A stretch of 64,000 nucleotides of DNA from an uncultured Verrucomicrobiae bacterium (GTDB taxonomy: Bacteria > Verrucomicrobiota > Verrucomicrobiia > Chthoniobacterales > Xiphinematobacteraceae), in assembly GCA_963706715.1 (NCBI GenBank), contig CAVPNI010000001.1:733289-797288 (forward strand), given 5' to 3'. The translations under genes were made by a program, and so were the position numbers. Of the stretch, positions 26,709 to 36,500 are shown piece by piece. Each line of letters begins with the position of its first letter. Positions within the stretch are counted from its first letter, which is position 1. Under the pieces are notes generated by a model, which did not search any database, was not told the origin of the DNA, and saw only the letters and a list, made by a program, of their open reading frames with translations.

Positions 26709-27937
26709 TGGTTGTTGTGCCGGGTGGATTCAATTCGTTCCAAATAATGATCCAGAACAAGGTCGGGGATGCCTTTGATTCTGGCAAGTGAGAATTCTTC
26801 ATTAGCCTGATCGAATTTCTTTTCGCGAAAATAAATCACCCCTTTCCAGAAATGGTCACGACTGCGGGTCCGTTCTTCAGAAAGGGCATGCTTGGGAGCG
26901 AGTAATTCGTAGAGTTCCAAGCGTTTCTTTCCTTCCCTCAAACGGATCAGTTCAATGGGACGAACTTCGCAGCTGTCGAGGGCTAATTCAAGAGTATCGC
27001 TAGCGGTGAGGATGCGACATCCGTAAATCGAACATGCGGTACAAAGCTTGCGAGCAAAATCGAGGGTGTTGCCAGCAACACTGAACCCGCCAAGTCGCGG
27101 TCCTCCAAAAGCACCTGCGATCACTGGTCCGGAGTGAATTCCGACGCTAAAATCAATGTGTCGCTGCCAACGGCAGTCGCATTCCATATTTAATGCATCC
27201 AAACGCTTGACGAGATCCAAAGCAATCCGACAAGCTTTGATGGCATGTTTTTCATCGGGAATGGGCGCGCCAAATACAAAGCGCATGCTCTCTCCATCGC
27301 ATTGCTCCAAATAGCCACCGCTTTCCACTACAAAATCCGAAGCAACTCGCAGGCAAAAATTAGTCATCGCCACATAGGCTTCAGGTGACATCATTTCCAT
27401 AAGTTCCGTGTGATTTTGTACGGCAACCACCACTATTGTTGTCTCGAGCGGCGCCCCAGGAAATAAGACGGATTGATTGGAATCTACGAGCTGAGAGAAT
27501 TGCGATTGCGCAAGGCGTCTGCCAAACAGACGTTCCAAAACACGGTTTCTTTGGCCTATTTTTGTCGCGACTGCAAAAATGGTTCCCACGATGAAGCTGA
27601 GTAGAATAGTGGCGCAGGGCAGAAAGGGAGAAATAAATACGTTATAGAGCGAAACCACCCAAGAGGCCCCTAGGCAAACCAGCAACGCCCCCGCTGTCAC
27701 TATGATACGCAGAGACATTTTGGTGATGCTCAACATGAGCCACGCAATTACAAAGGAGAAAAAAAGAGCAAGGAAAAGGGAAACGTATGGCGGCGAGAGG
27801 AGGATTTTCTGTTTCAGAGAATAAATTTCGTGCAGCGCATGATTTGGTGCTGCCAAAAGCCCCGAAGCTAAAAGGAGAAGCGCAATGCCTGTGGAAAATG
27901 CCCCAATTAAAATGCTGATGCGTAATTGTCGGCTCAT
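26672..27937 (-). CDS. Membrane-anchored class III adenylate/guanylate cyclase
   Basis: The preferred start is the ATG at 27937 (MSRQLRISILIGAF...); the track ORF's 42-aa N-extension reads through an R-type repeat. There are about 5 TM helices, then a cyclase core ...VVAVQNHTELM...GGYLEQCDGESMRFVFGAP...VGIHSGPVIAGAFGG..LGGFSVAGNTLDFARKL. Confidence 0.85.
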   Translation of the reverse strand: MSRQLRISILIGAFSTGIALLLLASGLLAAPNHALHEIYSLKQKILLSPPYVSLFLALFFSFVIAWLMLSITKMSLRIIVTAGALLVCLGASWVVSLYNVFISPFLPCATILLSFIVGTIFAVATKIGQRNRVLERLFGRRLAQSQFSQLVDSNQSVLFPGAPLETTIVVVAVQNHTELMEMMSPEAYVAMTNFCLRVASDFVVESGGYLEQCDGESMRFVFGAPIPDEKHAIKACRIALDLVKRLDALNMECDCRWQRHIDFSVGIHSGPVIAGAFGGPRLGGFSVAGNTLDFARKLCTACSIYGCRILTASDTLELALDSCEVRPIELIRLREGKKRLELYELLAPKHALSEERTRSRDHFWKGVIYFREKKFDQANEEFSLARIKGIPDLVLDHYLERIESTRHNNQTDFATNFIGFF

Positions 27938-27954
27938 GGAAAGGAAGAGGGTGG

Positions 27955-28102
27955 AGGAGCCGACTTCGTCGGTTTCCTTTAGAAGCCGATAATTACAAAC
28001 AACAGTTTTTTGAGCTACAAATTTTTGGGAGTTGTAGTGCAAATAATACCTATTTTCATTCAACGGTTTCCAGAGGAAAGGGACGAAGTCCCCGAAGTCC
28101 GT
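27955..28102. repeat. R-type hairpin element, copy 2
   Basis: ccgacttcgtcggtttcctttagaagccg ... gaggaaagggacgaagtccccgaagtccgtc (inverted arms), with a central hairpin gctacaa...ttgtagtgc. It abuts the stop codon of the ClpX-like gene. Confidence 0.7.
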
Positions 28103-29694
28103 CAGACTTTGCCACCACTCTCGGGGCTCTCAGTGTGGTAAGATTGTATCACCAGTTCGCTCAAATATCCTTCCGGATTATCAATCGCATCTTCAGGTAA
28201 GACCAGATTGGCACCAGGATTTCCTTTTTGAATCAGCTGTAAGCCGAATTGATAGTCTTTAAACAGTTGTTCACAAAGTTCGGACACGGAAATTTCCTCG
28301 CTTTGAGCACGCCGAACCAATCGCTCCAAGGCAGCCTGAGAAGGCTCCAGTTGAACACTGTATTGCTCGCTGAAATGCTGGAAAAATTCGATTGCCGCAG
28401 CTTCCATAGCGCGTGTTTTTTCCACCGAGCCCGTTTGTAAAAAGTCCGCCAAGTGCTGAGATGCGTTTTTAACAAATGAGGCGTTCACGGTGAAGGATTT
28501 GATTCCCGACTCAGGAAGCTCGTATTTGAAATCGCGGAGCAACTTTTCCAAAACAGTCAATAGGCCGCGGGCTCCGGTATTTTCTTGGGTGGCCAACCGG
28601 GCGATTTCGTGGAAAGCATCGTCCTCAAACTGCACGTTGATCCCATAGGCGTGGAAAGCACGCTCATACTGCCGAATGATGCTGCCCTCAGAGTATTTCA
28701 TGATAGAAAATAAGTCTTCGATTTCCAAAGGATGGCAGATGGAGCGAACGGGGAGACGGCCAATAAATTCGGGTTCGAACCCATACTCCACGAGATCGCG
28801 AGTGGTGACAGCATGCAGAAGGCTGGTCTCCGAAATTTCTGACTTCGGAGACGCACTGAATCCGATATGCGACTGCCGATGTCGACGCCCGATGATGCGC
28901 TCTAGCCCTTCAAAGGCTCCGCTAACGATAAAAAGGATGTGTCGGGTGTTAATGGTTTCCTTGCGGGGATTGCGTCCTCTTTGCATTTCCATGACGGCTT
29001 GAATCTGGGCCTGCATGTCTGTGGGACTTTTCAGGGACACTTCTGTCTCTTCCATCAGTTTGAGCAGAGCGGTCTGCACGCCGCGTCCACTCACATCCCG
29101 GCCAAATTGCTCGCGGGAACCCGCGATTTTATCAATTTCATCCAGAAAGATGATCCCGAGCTCTGCAAGTGCAATATCGCCTCCCGCCCGATCCACGAGC
29201 TCCCGAACTAAATCATCCACATCTCCACCAACATAACCGGTTTCGCTAAATTTGGTGGCGTCAGCCTTCACAAAGGGTACTCCAATAAGATCCGCAATGT
29301 GTTTCACAAGATAGGTTTTGCCTACGCCTGTAGGACCGATAAGCAGAACGTTTTGCTTGGTATATTCCATAGCAATTTGCGAAACTTGGTCATTGGCGAC
29401 CTCTCGGGCGTGATGATAATGATCACAGACCGCAATGCTGAGGACTTTTTTTGCCTCGTCCTGGCGGATAACAAAGCGATCCAAGTGCTTCTTGATCTGG
29501 CGAGGAGTGTACTGAAATTCAGCAAGCGGCGAAGTTTGTGGTTTGGATTTGTTGACAAAAGAACCGTCTTGTTCAGGGGTTGACGGTACGGCAGCATCGG
29601 GAGCGGCAGTTTTGTCATTATTAAAAGCAGTGCGGAGTATTTCCGCCAGTTTCTTTTGCATTTCCTCCGGAGAAGGAAGTTGGGGTTCGCTCAT
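28102..29694 (-). CDS. ClpX-like AAA+ unfoldase lacking the N-terminal zinc-binding domain
   Basis: TPRQIKKHLDRFVIRQDEAKKVLSIAV, Walker A LLIGPTGVGKTYL, pore loop ETGYVGGDV, Walker B IIFLDEIDKI, an IGF tripeptide (SHIGFSAS). There is no Cys cluster at the N-terminus and an extra ~110-aa C-terminal extension. Confidence 0.75.
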   Translation of the reverse strand: MSEPQLPSPEEMQKKLAEILRTAFNNDKTAAPDAAVPSTPEQDGSFVNKSKPQTSPLAEFQYTPRQIKKHLDRFVIRQDEAKKVLSIAVCDHYHHAREVANDQVSQIAMEYTKQNVLLIGPTGVGKTYLVKHIADLIGVPFVKADATKFSETGYVGGDVDDLVRELVDRAGGDIALAELGIIFLDEIDKIAGSREQFGRDVSGRGVQTALLKLMEETEVSLKSPTDMQAQIQAVMEMQRGRNPRKETINTRHILFIVSGAFEGLERIIGRRHRQSHIGFSASPKSEISETSLLHAVTTRDLVEYGFEPEFIGRLPVRSICHPLEIEDLFSIMKYSEGSIIRQYERAFHAYGINVQFEDDAFHEIARLATQENTGARGLLTVLEKLLRDFKYELPESGIKSFTVNASFVKNASQHLADFLQTGSVEKTRAMEAAAIEFFQHFSEQYSVQLEPSQAALERLVRRAQSEEISVSELCEQLFKDYQFGLQLIQKGNPGANLVLPEDAIDNPEGYLSELVIQSYHTESPESGGKV

Positions 29695-29726
29695 AAAAAG
29701 ATAAAAAAATAATGGATACTTATAAA

Positions 29727-29806
29727 GTCATGTTACGCAAAAAAAGGAACCTTGTTGGTTAAAATGATCTTTTTTCCTCAAGAGCTCCTAAAGATGCGTA
29801 CGTCAG
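29727..29806 (+). repeat. S-type short palindromic repeat, copy 2
   Basis: gtcatgttacgcaaaaaaaggaaccttgttggttaaaatgatcttttttcc...ctcctaaagatgcgtacgtcag. It lies in the divergent intergenic region between the ClpX-like and RluA-family genes. Confidence 0.75.
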
Positions 29807-29863
29807 TTACAAACTTACTTTGCATTGGCTACTTGTCCAATGGTTGCTGTTTCTGTGATTGAA

Positions 29864-30763
29864 ATGAATTCTACTAAGTTAACTGTCGATTCCGAACATG
29901 CGGGTTGGCGCCTCGACCGCTTTGTTACGGCATTGGTGCCCGCTCTTTCCCGGACTCGTATCCAGGCTCTCATTCGGTCCCGGCATATTCTTTTGCAGGG
30001 GATTGCTGTCAAACCTGGCGAAAAAATTTATCCAGGGCAAGAAGTGTACTTATTAGAACCGCCACAAGTTGTCACTCCGGACTTGATTCCAGAGTCAGGA
30101 AATCTTCATATTTTATACGAAGACAAAGAGTTGCTGGTAATTAATAAGGAGCCCGGAATTGCCGTCCATCCCGGAGCAGGAATTACTCGCGGGACCCTCG
30201 CCGGGATCCTCTTAGCCTATTGTAAGCTCTCAGAGCTGGGGGGAGCTGACCGCCCGGGGATCGTACATCGACTTGATAAAGAGACCAGCGGATGCCTGGT
30301 AGTCGCGAAAAACGATACCGCTCACCAGGCACTGTCGCGGCAGTTTGTCTTGCGAGAGGTAGAAAAAACATATCTTGCTATTGTTCAAGGAGTTTTAAAA
30401 AAAATCTGTGGCGTGATTGATGCTCCGATTCGACGCCATCCCGTGCACCGCAAAAAAATGGCCGTAGCGCGGCCTTCAGAGGGTAGGGAGGCAGTGACAT
30501 TTTATCGAGTGGTAGCGGCTGAAGCAGGAATGAGTTTACTGGAGTGTCGACCTAAAACAGGCCGTACGCATCAAATTCGGGTTCATTTAAAACACATCAA
30601 TCACCCGATCCTCGGAGATTCGCTCTATGGAAAACGCGGGCGTTTCCAACGACATCTCTTACATGCTTGGAAACTCTCTTTGACACATCCTACCACCGGA
30701 GTCCGGATGGAATTTTGTACTCCCCCGCCCGCCGACTTCGCGGACTTCGTCAGTTTCCTTTAG
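29864..30763 (+). CDS. rluD: RluA-family 23S rRNA pseudouridine synthase (RluD-like)
   Basis: S4-like N-terminal domain (RLDRFV...SR..IQ.LI), catalytic motif GIVHRLDKETSGCLVVAKN, and ...GRTHQIRVHL. The last 10 codons (ADFADFVSFL*) are contributed by an R-type repeat. Confidence 0.85.
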   Translation: MNSTKLTVDSEHAGWRLDRFVTALVPALSRTRIQALIRSRHILLQGIAVKPGEKIYPGQEVYLLEPPQVVTPDLIPESGNLHILYEDKELLVINKEPGIAVHPGAGITRGTLAGILLAYCKLSELGGADRPGIVHRLDKETSGCLVVAKNDTAHQALSRQFVLREVEKTYLAIVQGVLKKICGVIDAPIRRHPVHRKKMAVARPSEGREAVTFYRVVAAEAGMSLLECRPKTGRTHQIRVHLKHINHPILGDSLYGKRGRFQRHLLHAWKLSLTHPTTGVRMEFCTPPPADFADFVSFL

Positions 30764-30925
30764 AAGCCACAATCGCAAATATAGCTTTTCTTGACCTACA
30801 ATCAGGCGGCTTTGTCGGTTTCTTTTAGGCGCCGCTTTCTTTAGAAACTTGTAGCGCAAAAAAGACTTTATTTGCAATTATCGGCTTCTCAAGAAATCGG
30901 ACGAAGTCCGCAAAGTCAGCGAAGT
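30736..30925. repeat. R-type hairpin element, copy 3 (~190 bp)
   Basis: gccgacttcgcggacttcgtcagtttcctttagaagccacaat ... attatcggcttctcaagaaatcggacgaagtccgc are long inverted arms. Single arms also occur at ~50903-50925 and 53205-53232. Confidence 0.7.
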
Positions 30926-31524
30926 TGGCATGGAAGAATATGGAAGATAACGAGTGCAGTGACGAAGAATTGGTTGCGCGGACACAGGCAGGAGATCCCT
31001 CTGCCTTTGACATCCTCGTCATCCGCTACAGCCCGCGGCTTTATGGCCTGATTTATCACATGACTTCTCACCACGAGGATACCTATGATCTGATGCAAGA
31101 CGTTTTTACAAAGGCATTTCGATCGATTTGTGGATTCCGCGGAAAATCCAGCTTTTACACCTGGATGCATTCCATTGCAGTGAACATGTCCCTCAATTTT
31201 TTAAAAAAAAGAGGGCGCAGATACCAGATGAGCTTGGATGACATGGACTTAAATCTAGATAAGAACGAGGAATTTCTTCGAGCTACCGCTGGCAGCGACC
31301 CTCGGAGGGAGACCAGTTTGTTGGAGCTTCAAAGAAAATTGAACGAAGCCATGATGAAGCTGTCTCATGATCATAGAGCTGTGGTTACGATGTTCGACAT
31401 CCAGGGAATGCCTCACGGAGAGATCGCAAAAATTTTAAAGATCTCAGAAGGAACGGTTCGTTCTCGGCTGTTTTATGCACATCGGCAATTACAGAGCTTT
31501 CTTGCAGAATTTAGAAAATCATAA
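30925..31524 (+). CDS. ECF-type sigma-70 family RNA polymerase sigma factor
   Basis: Region 2 (AFDILVIRYSPRLYGLIYHMT....DLMQDVFTKAF) and a region 4 HTH (GMPHGEIAKILKISEGTVRSRLFYAHRQL). The start is 30925 or the ATG at 30940. Confidence 0.9.
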   Translation: MAWKNMEDNECSDEELVARTQAGDPSAFDILVIRYSPRLYGLIYHMTSHHEDTYDLMQDVFTKAFRSICGFRGKSSFYTWMHSIAVNMSLNFLKKRGRRYQMSLDDMDLNLDKNEEFLRATAGSDPRRETSLLELQRKLNEAMMKLSHDHRAVVTMFDIQGMPHGEIAKILKISEGTVRSRLFYAHRQLQSFLAEFRKS

Positions 31525-31559
31525 CCCATTCGACAATTGCTATTCTGAACTAAAAAGTA

Positions 31560-32018
31560 ATGGACTCGCAAAGTGACATTCAGAAACTTCTCCGCTTAAA
31601 GCGCCATGAGATCCCTCCTGCGGGGTTTCATGAGAACTTTTTGGAGGAATTTCGCCATCGGCAAAGGGTGGATCTCCTGCGGAGAACTTTAAAACCCTCG
31701 ATTCGCCGGGTCTTGATCGAACGAGTCGGCGTCTTCTTGCCTTCATTACGTATTCCTTCATTGGCCTATGCTTCCATTGCTACAATTGGCATTATGGCGT
31801 CCGTAATCATTTGGACGTTCTCACCCTCACCCTCGCCAAGGGGTACTTCGAAACAATCATCATTCGGTGTTTCCACGAGCTCAAACTCTCCCGATTTCAA
31901 CGCTATTTCGGCGACACTCCCCGTGGAAATTCCAAGTCAACGTGCTGTAGGAACTTTACCGCCTTCTTATATTCTTGAAAGTCAGCCTGCTAGTTACAAT
32001 CTCCCGCTCGGTTTTTAA
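31560..32018 (+). CDS. Putative anti-sigma factor (single-pass membrane protein)
   Basis: It starts 35 bp after the sigma gene. It has a short cytoplasmic N-domain, one TM helix (LAYASIATIGIMASVIIWTF) and a Ser/Pro-rich exterior tail. The call rests on position and topology only. Confidence 0.5.
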   Translation: MDSQSDIQKLLRLKRHEIPPAGFHENFLEEFRHRQRVDLLRRTLKPSIRRVLIERVGVFLPSLRIPSLAYASIATIGIMASVIIWTFSPSPSPRGTSKQSSFGVSTSSNSPDFNAISATLPVEIPSQRAVGTLPPSYILESQPASYNLPLGF

Positions 32019-32040
32019 CGCCTGATGCATCTGCCTTGTT

Positions 32041-33369
32041 GTGACTTTTAACTTGCTGCTCCAATCTAACCGTATTCAGGTCGAGTTTAAGCAAAGAGGC
32101 AAAAAAATGCGAACCGTGGAATCGGCAGGAGCAAACTTGGTGAAGGCCGCCAACTTCGCGGAAAGAAATATCGCACTTGGAAAGCCGGAAGAGCAGGGCT
32201 GTTTTCGCGAAAATAGGTTGTTCCTGGGGTGCGCCCCCCACAACAACAATTTCTTTTCTTTAAGCAATTCAGGTTCTGTTCCAAGGTCTTCTCAGCTCAC
32301 GCTCCTCATTGGATGCATTTTTTGCATCCTGCCCAGTTTCTGCTCCCTTTTTGCAAAACCGGTAAAGTCGCTTCGGCCTGTGATTCTGAATCCCGAACCG
32401 AGCGTGCAAAATTCGCTGCCGCCTCAGCAATTGTCGCATGCCATTGGGACGACCGTTCGACGAATTTTTGAGGAGCGGAAGTCTGGTGTCATTCGGGTGG
32501 AAGCGATCGATAAGCATGGAAAACTTTATGGTTCCGGATTTTTCGCCGATCCATTCGGCACAATCTATACACTTTCTTCAATAGTCAGTGGGGCAACCAG
32601 CTTGGTAGTCCTCCAAAACAATGAAAGACTTCCCGCTCGACTCCTGACATCCGATTTGCGAAGCGGTTTGGCTTTAATTAAAGTGGACCAACAAGGTCCT
32701 TTTATACCGACTGGAGATCCCTCGAAATTACAGATAGGCTACCCTCTCCTGGCTATCGGGTATCCATTGAATTTACAAGAGGCCCCTTCTTTCGGCGTGA
32801 TAGGAAGTTTTGACCATCAATATGACAACTCATATTTTGCCACTCTGCACATTCGTGCAAATGTGCCAATACAGCGGGGATTTGGCGGCGCACCGGTTCT
32901 GAATATGAATGGGGAGGTGATTGGCATTATTGTCAGCGGTGTGGAGGGTGGCTCGGGATGTTACGTTTTGCCCATTACGGCCATGGAAAAAATTTGGAAA
33001 GATTTTGAAAGATTTGGAGAAATCCGCCATGGCCGGATAGGAGTCTTAGTTGAAGAAGCAAAACAGCCCGTAGCCGGATCCACCGCTATGGTATCCGGCC
33101 TGGAACTAGAAACTCCGGCAGCTTCCTGCGGATTGAAGCGTGGTGATGTGATTATCCGCATCGATCGAACCAAAGTGAGTACGGTTGAAGATGTCTTGGA
33201 TGCCTCCTTTTTTTTGACTGCTGGCGATATCGCTCAAATTGCGATCATGCGAGGAGGGCAACAATTGACCTTGGAAGCCAGAGCAGCTTCATATCCGCAC
33301 ACAAGCCCGCCCCCCCAAACGGACCGGCTGGATCTCCGAACAGTCCCGTCCAGTCCATTGCAGCAATAA
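32041..33369 (+). CDS. HtrA/DegS-like trypsin-fold + PDZ protein with all three catalytic residues substituted (pseudo-protease)
   Basis: Fold motifs GSGFFADPFGTIYTLSSIV, SDLRSGLALIKV and IQRGFGGAPVLNMNGEVIGI align to DegS GSGVI..GYIITNKHVI, SD..TDLAVLKI and INHGNSGGALVN..GELMGI. The resulting substitutions are His->Ser180, Asp->Gly209 and Ser->Gly282 (track numbering). The PDZ is GRIGVLVEE...GLKRGDVIIRIDRTKV. N-terminal anchor LTLLIGCIFCILPSFCSLFA. The start codon is uncertain (32041 GTG or 32107 ATG). Confidence 0.8.
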   Translation: MTFNLLLQSNRIQVEFKQRGKKMRTVESAGANLVKAANFAERNIALGKPEEQGCFRENRLFLGCAPHNNNFFSLSNSGSVPRSSQLTLLIGCIFCILPSFCSLFAKPVKSLRPVILNPEPSVQNSLPPQQLSHAIGTTVRRIFEERKSGVIRVEAIDKHGKLYGSGFFADPFGTIYTLSSIVSGATSLVVLQNNERLPARLLTSDLRSGLALIKVDQQGPFIPTGDPSKLQIGYPLLAIGYPLNLQEAPSFGVIGSFDHQYDNSYFATLHIRANVPIQRGFGGAPVLNMNGEVIGIIVSGVEGGSGCYVLPITAMEKIWKDFERFGEIRHGRIGVLVEEAKQPVAGSTAMVSGLELETPAASCGLKRGDVIIRIDRTKVSTVEDVLDASFFLTAGDIAQIAIMRGGQQLTLEARAASYPHTSPPPQTDRLDLRTVPSSPLQQ

Positions 33370-33502
33370 TAGCAATCCGAATGTTCCGGTTAAATTTATA
33401 AATTTCCGCACCATGCTCTGGTGAACCTATTTTTAGGTGTGGTTAATTTGCAAAAGCAGTGAGGTGAGTATATATTATTCCCCTTTAATCAACTACTACT
33501 GT

Positions 33503-36500
33503 ATGTCACCTGCTTCTGCAACTGGGTTGCTGAAATCTTTCACACCTATACCTAATACACTTCCTTCGGAAATTCCGAATAGAAATCGGAGAGCTTCAGA
33601 TTCCGAAGAATCATTTAAATTACCACCATCTTGCAGCAATGTACAATCTAACTCCCCTCCCTCTTTACTTAATAGATGTTTTGATGTAATCGCTAGGCAC
33701 ATTCCCACTGACGACAATTACCCGCGTGCAGATAATGCCGTATTATTAGTTAAGATTTTAAATGCGCTGCCAACTCAAAAAATCGCTTTATTAGATGTGA
33801 GATGGTTGGAATATTTGTCAACTGATATTATTATACGATTAAAGGAAGATTTTTGGAACGGACTTCAGCTTCATCAGTGGAGGGCATTTTCTCCGGATAG
33901 CATGCGAGCCATTGATCCGGAGATTTTAAAGAAATTAGATAAAAAGCAAGTGAATTCCTGGAGTTTTGACCAAATCAGAAGTCTGACGGGAGCTCAGTTG
34001 AGCGATGAACTTCTTTCTAAATTCGACTATTATTCTGTAGGTGCGTTAAGCCCGGAGCAAATTCAGGGATTCTCGTTGAATCAAATAGGCATCATTTTTA
34101 ATATTATTGAGGGCTCGGAAGGAGGGGGAGATCCCCAAATGACATGGTATCTTTGTTCGTTAAGCGATGCCCAATTCCATGGCCTCAATCAAGATCAGCT
34201 CCAAAGACTTTCATTGAGCGTTCTTCGCATCGTGAGGCAACGATTAAACGAAACGCAACGCACAAATCTTCTTTCTAATGGTCAGCGTACTTTCCTGGCA
34301 AGCATAGAGAATTTATCAAACTATGTCCGGAGTATTTCCCCGCAAGTCATTTCGCGACAATTTCGTGACTTGCCCCCCGAAGCGATGCCCTTATTAAGTA
34401 GAGAACAAATTGCTGCAATAGTTCCGAGTGCCATTGTACAAAGAGGAGGCGATTTCTGGACAAGGGTACGGAGAGAAACCGGTGAGGCAGGCTTGGCCTA
34501 TTTCGTCGGTTCCTTGACGAGAACACAGGCGAATTACTTATTTAATGGCGATTCCAGGCCTCCACTTAGGGAAGCTAGTAGATTCGTTCAGTATCTCTCG
34601 CCGGAAGCTTTTTCTGCAGAAGTCACTTGGAATGATGTAAATGAAGATTTACTTGAATTTCCCATCGAGAGATTGACTTTGGAACAAGTGAGGAGCCAAC
34701 ACCGCCGTGGCATCGTTGTGTACGGACGTGATCTCATCATGACAAGGTTAACTCCCCGTCAGATTCCTGAATTGGTACCAGACATTTTTAGGGATATGGA
34801 TACTGTTACCGCAGTACGGATTCCCGATGCATCTATGCAGAACATCACGCATGCACAACTACAGGAAATGTTTATTTCTGAAGACGAAAGATTTGGCGGC
34901 CTTAGGCTGGAAATGACAGTTAATAACGGAAATTTTTTGTCAAGATTGAGACCGGAACAAAGGGGCTGGTTGCCATCCCGTTATTTTATATACCTTAGCG
35001 CTGCAAATATTCGGCCTGAATTAATGACAGATGAGCAAGTTCGGGAGTTGAATAGTTTTAATGTGACGCGGATGATTCCTGACGAATTTATCAAGTTTAG
35101 GCCTGCGCAGATTGCAAACTTAGATAAAATAAGCTTCGATTATTTGACCCCCGCGCATTTATCACTTTTGAGTGAACAACAAATTAATAGCATAACGGAT
35201 GGTCAGCTCCAAAGAGTGCCCGTGGAAACCTTCCGTGGCATGAGATTGAATGAAGTTACTCGGTGGTGTCGTACTTTCACCGAGAGACAGTGGCAAGCCA
35301 TGACACCTCGGCAACGAGCCTTTTTTCTGGATCTCATCAATGGAGTTCCGATTGAAAGGGCAGGAATGACATTTGGCAACACACCGCCTCCGGGAGGGGG
35401 TGCTGCAGGAGGCAGCGGTTCCGGAAGCAGCGGTGGTCCGGGAGGCGGCACTGGAGGAGGATCTACTAGATCTCAGACAGATTATGATTGGATGTGGGGG
35501 GGGCCACAACGGCCATCATTTCAATCGATGTTCAGACATGCAGAGCAAATGAGTGAAAAAAATGTAATCACATCCTTTTTCCCTCTGGAAAGTATTAGAA
35601 AATCAACTGCAAAGGATTGGGAACCAAAATATACGCCCTACAGTAATGCCTTGTCCGCAGATGACTCTACGTATACTGTGAGCGGCTCAGTAGGATTTGG
35701 GATGAAAGTCCTCGAGGAGGATCAAAAGAAATATAAAAAGGTTGTTCAAGGTCTCATGCCAGATCAACTGCGTGCAATACCCGATGCAGTCATCCCTCTT
35801 ATAAATCCATTGTTCTTTGGCTGCCTGAGTCGTAAACAATTGATGCAAATGAGACCGGAACAGAGGAGGGCAATTACCGCAAAATTTATTAAAGTGGAGG
35901 AGCGCCTTAAAACGATACTCAATATTACAAAGGACCGGATCGTTACCCCTACCGAGTATCAAGCACTGTTAGATCAAGCTGATCGTAAGAAAATTAAGGA
36001 TGCATTAACTCTGAAAACCATCCAAAAGTTGGGAAATGATCCCAAATCTTTTCTTCTCTATTATTTAAAATCAGAACACCTTTTTAATTATGGCGCAAAC
36101 GACTGGAGTCGCAACCAAATCGCGGCCCTTCCCAAAGAAGTGATTGTGAATGTATGGACAGCGGAGCACTTTAATCGATTAACGCCCGATCAATGGCTGG
36201 GAATCCCGGTAGCGTATTTTTCAGAAATTGCTCCTGAAGTGATTGCAAAGTGGAACAAAAACTGTTTTGAGCCACCTTCCGTACTGGAGAATAATAATGA
36301 GTATCAGCAAGGATATCGGGAGCGGATACAGGCATTAGGAAACAAGGTTCGATTTATTGCACCGGAGGTAATAACCAAACTTGGACTTAAAGTTTTTGTC
36401 GAAGCGATGACTCCTAATCCTCTGGATGGAAATTCAGATCAGTTTGCTAAGCTTACAAGGGAACAGAGGCAGGCAATTTCATTTAAAATATTTCCGTCTT

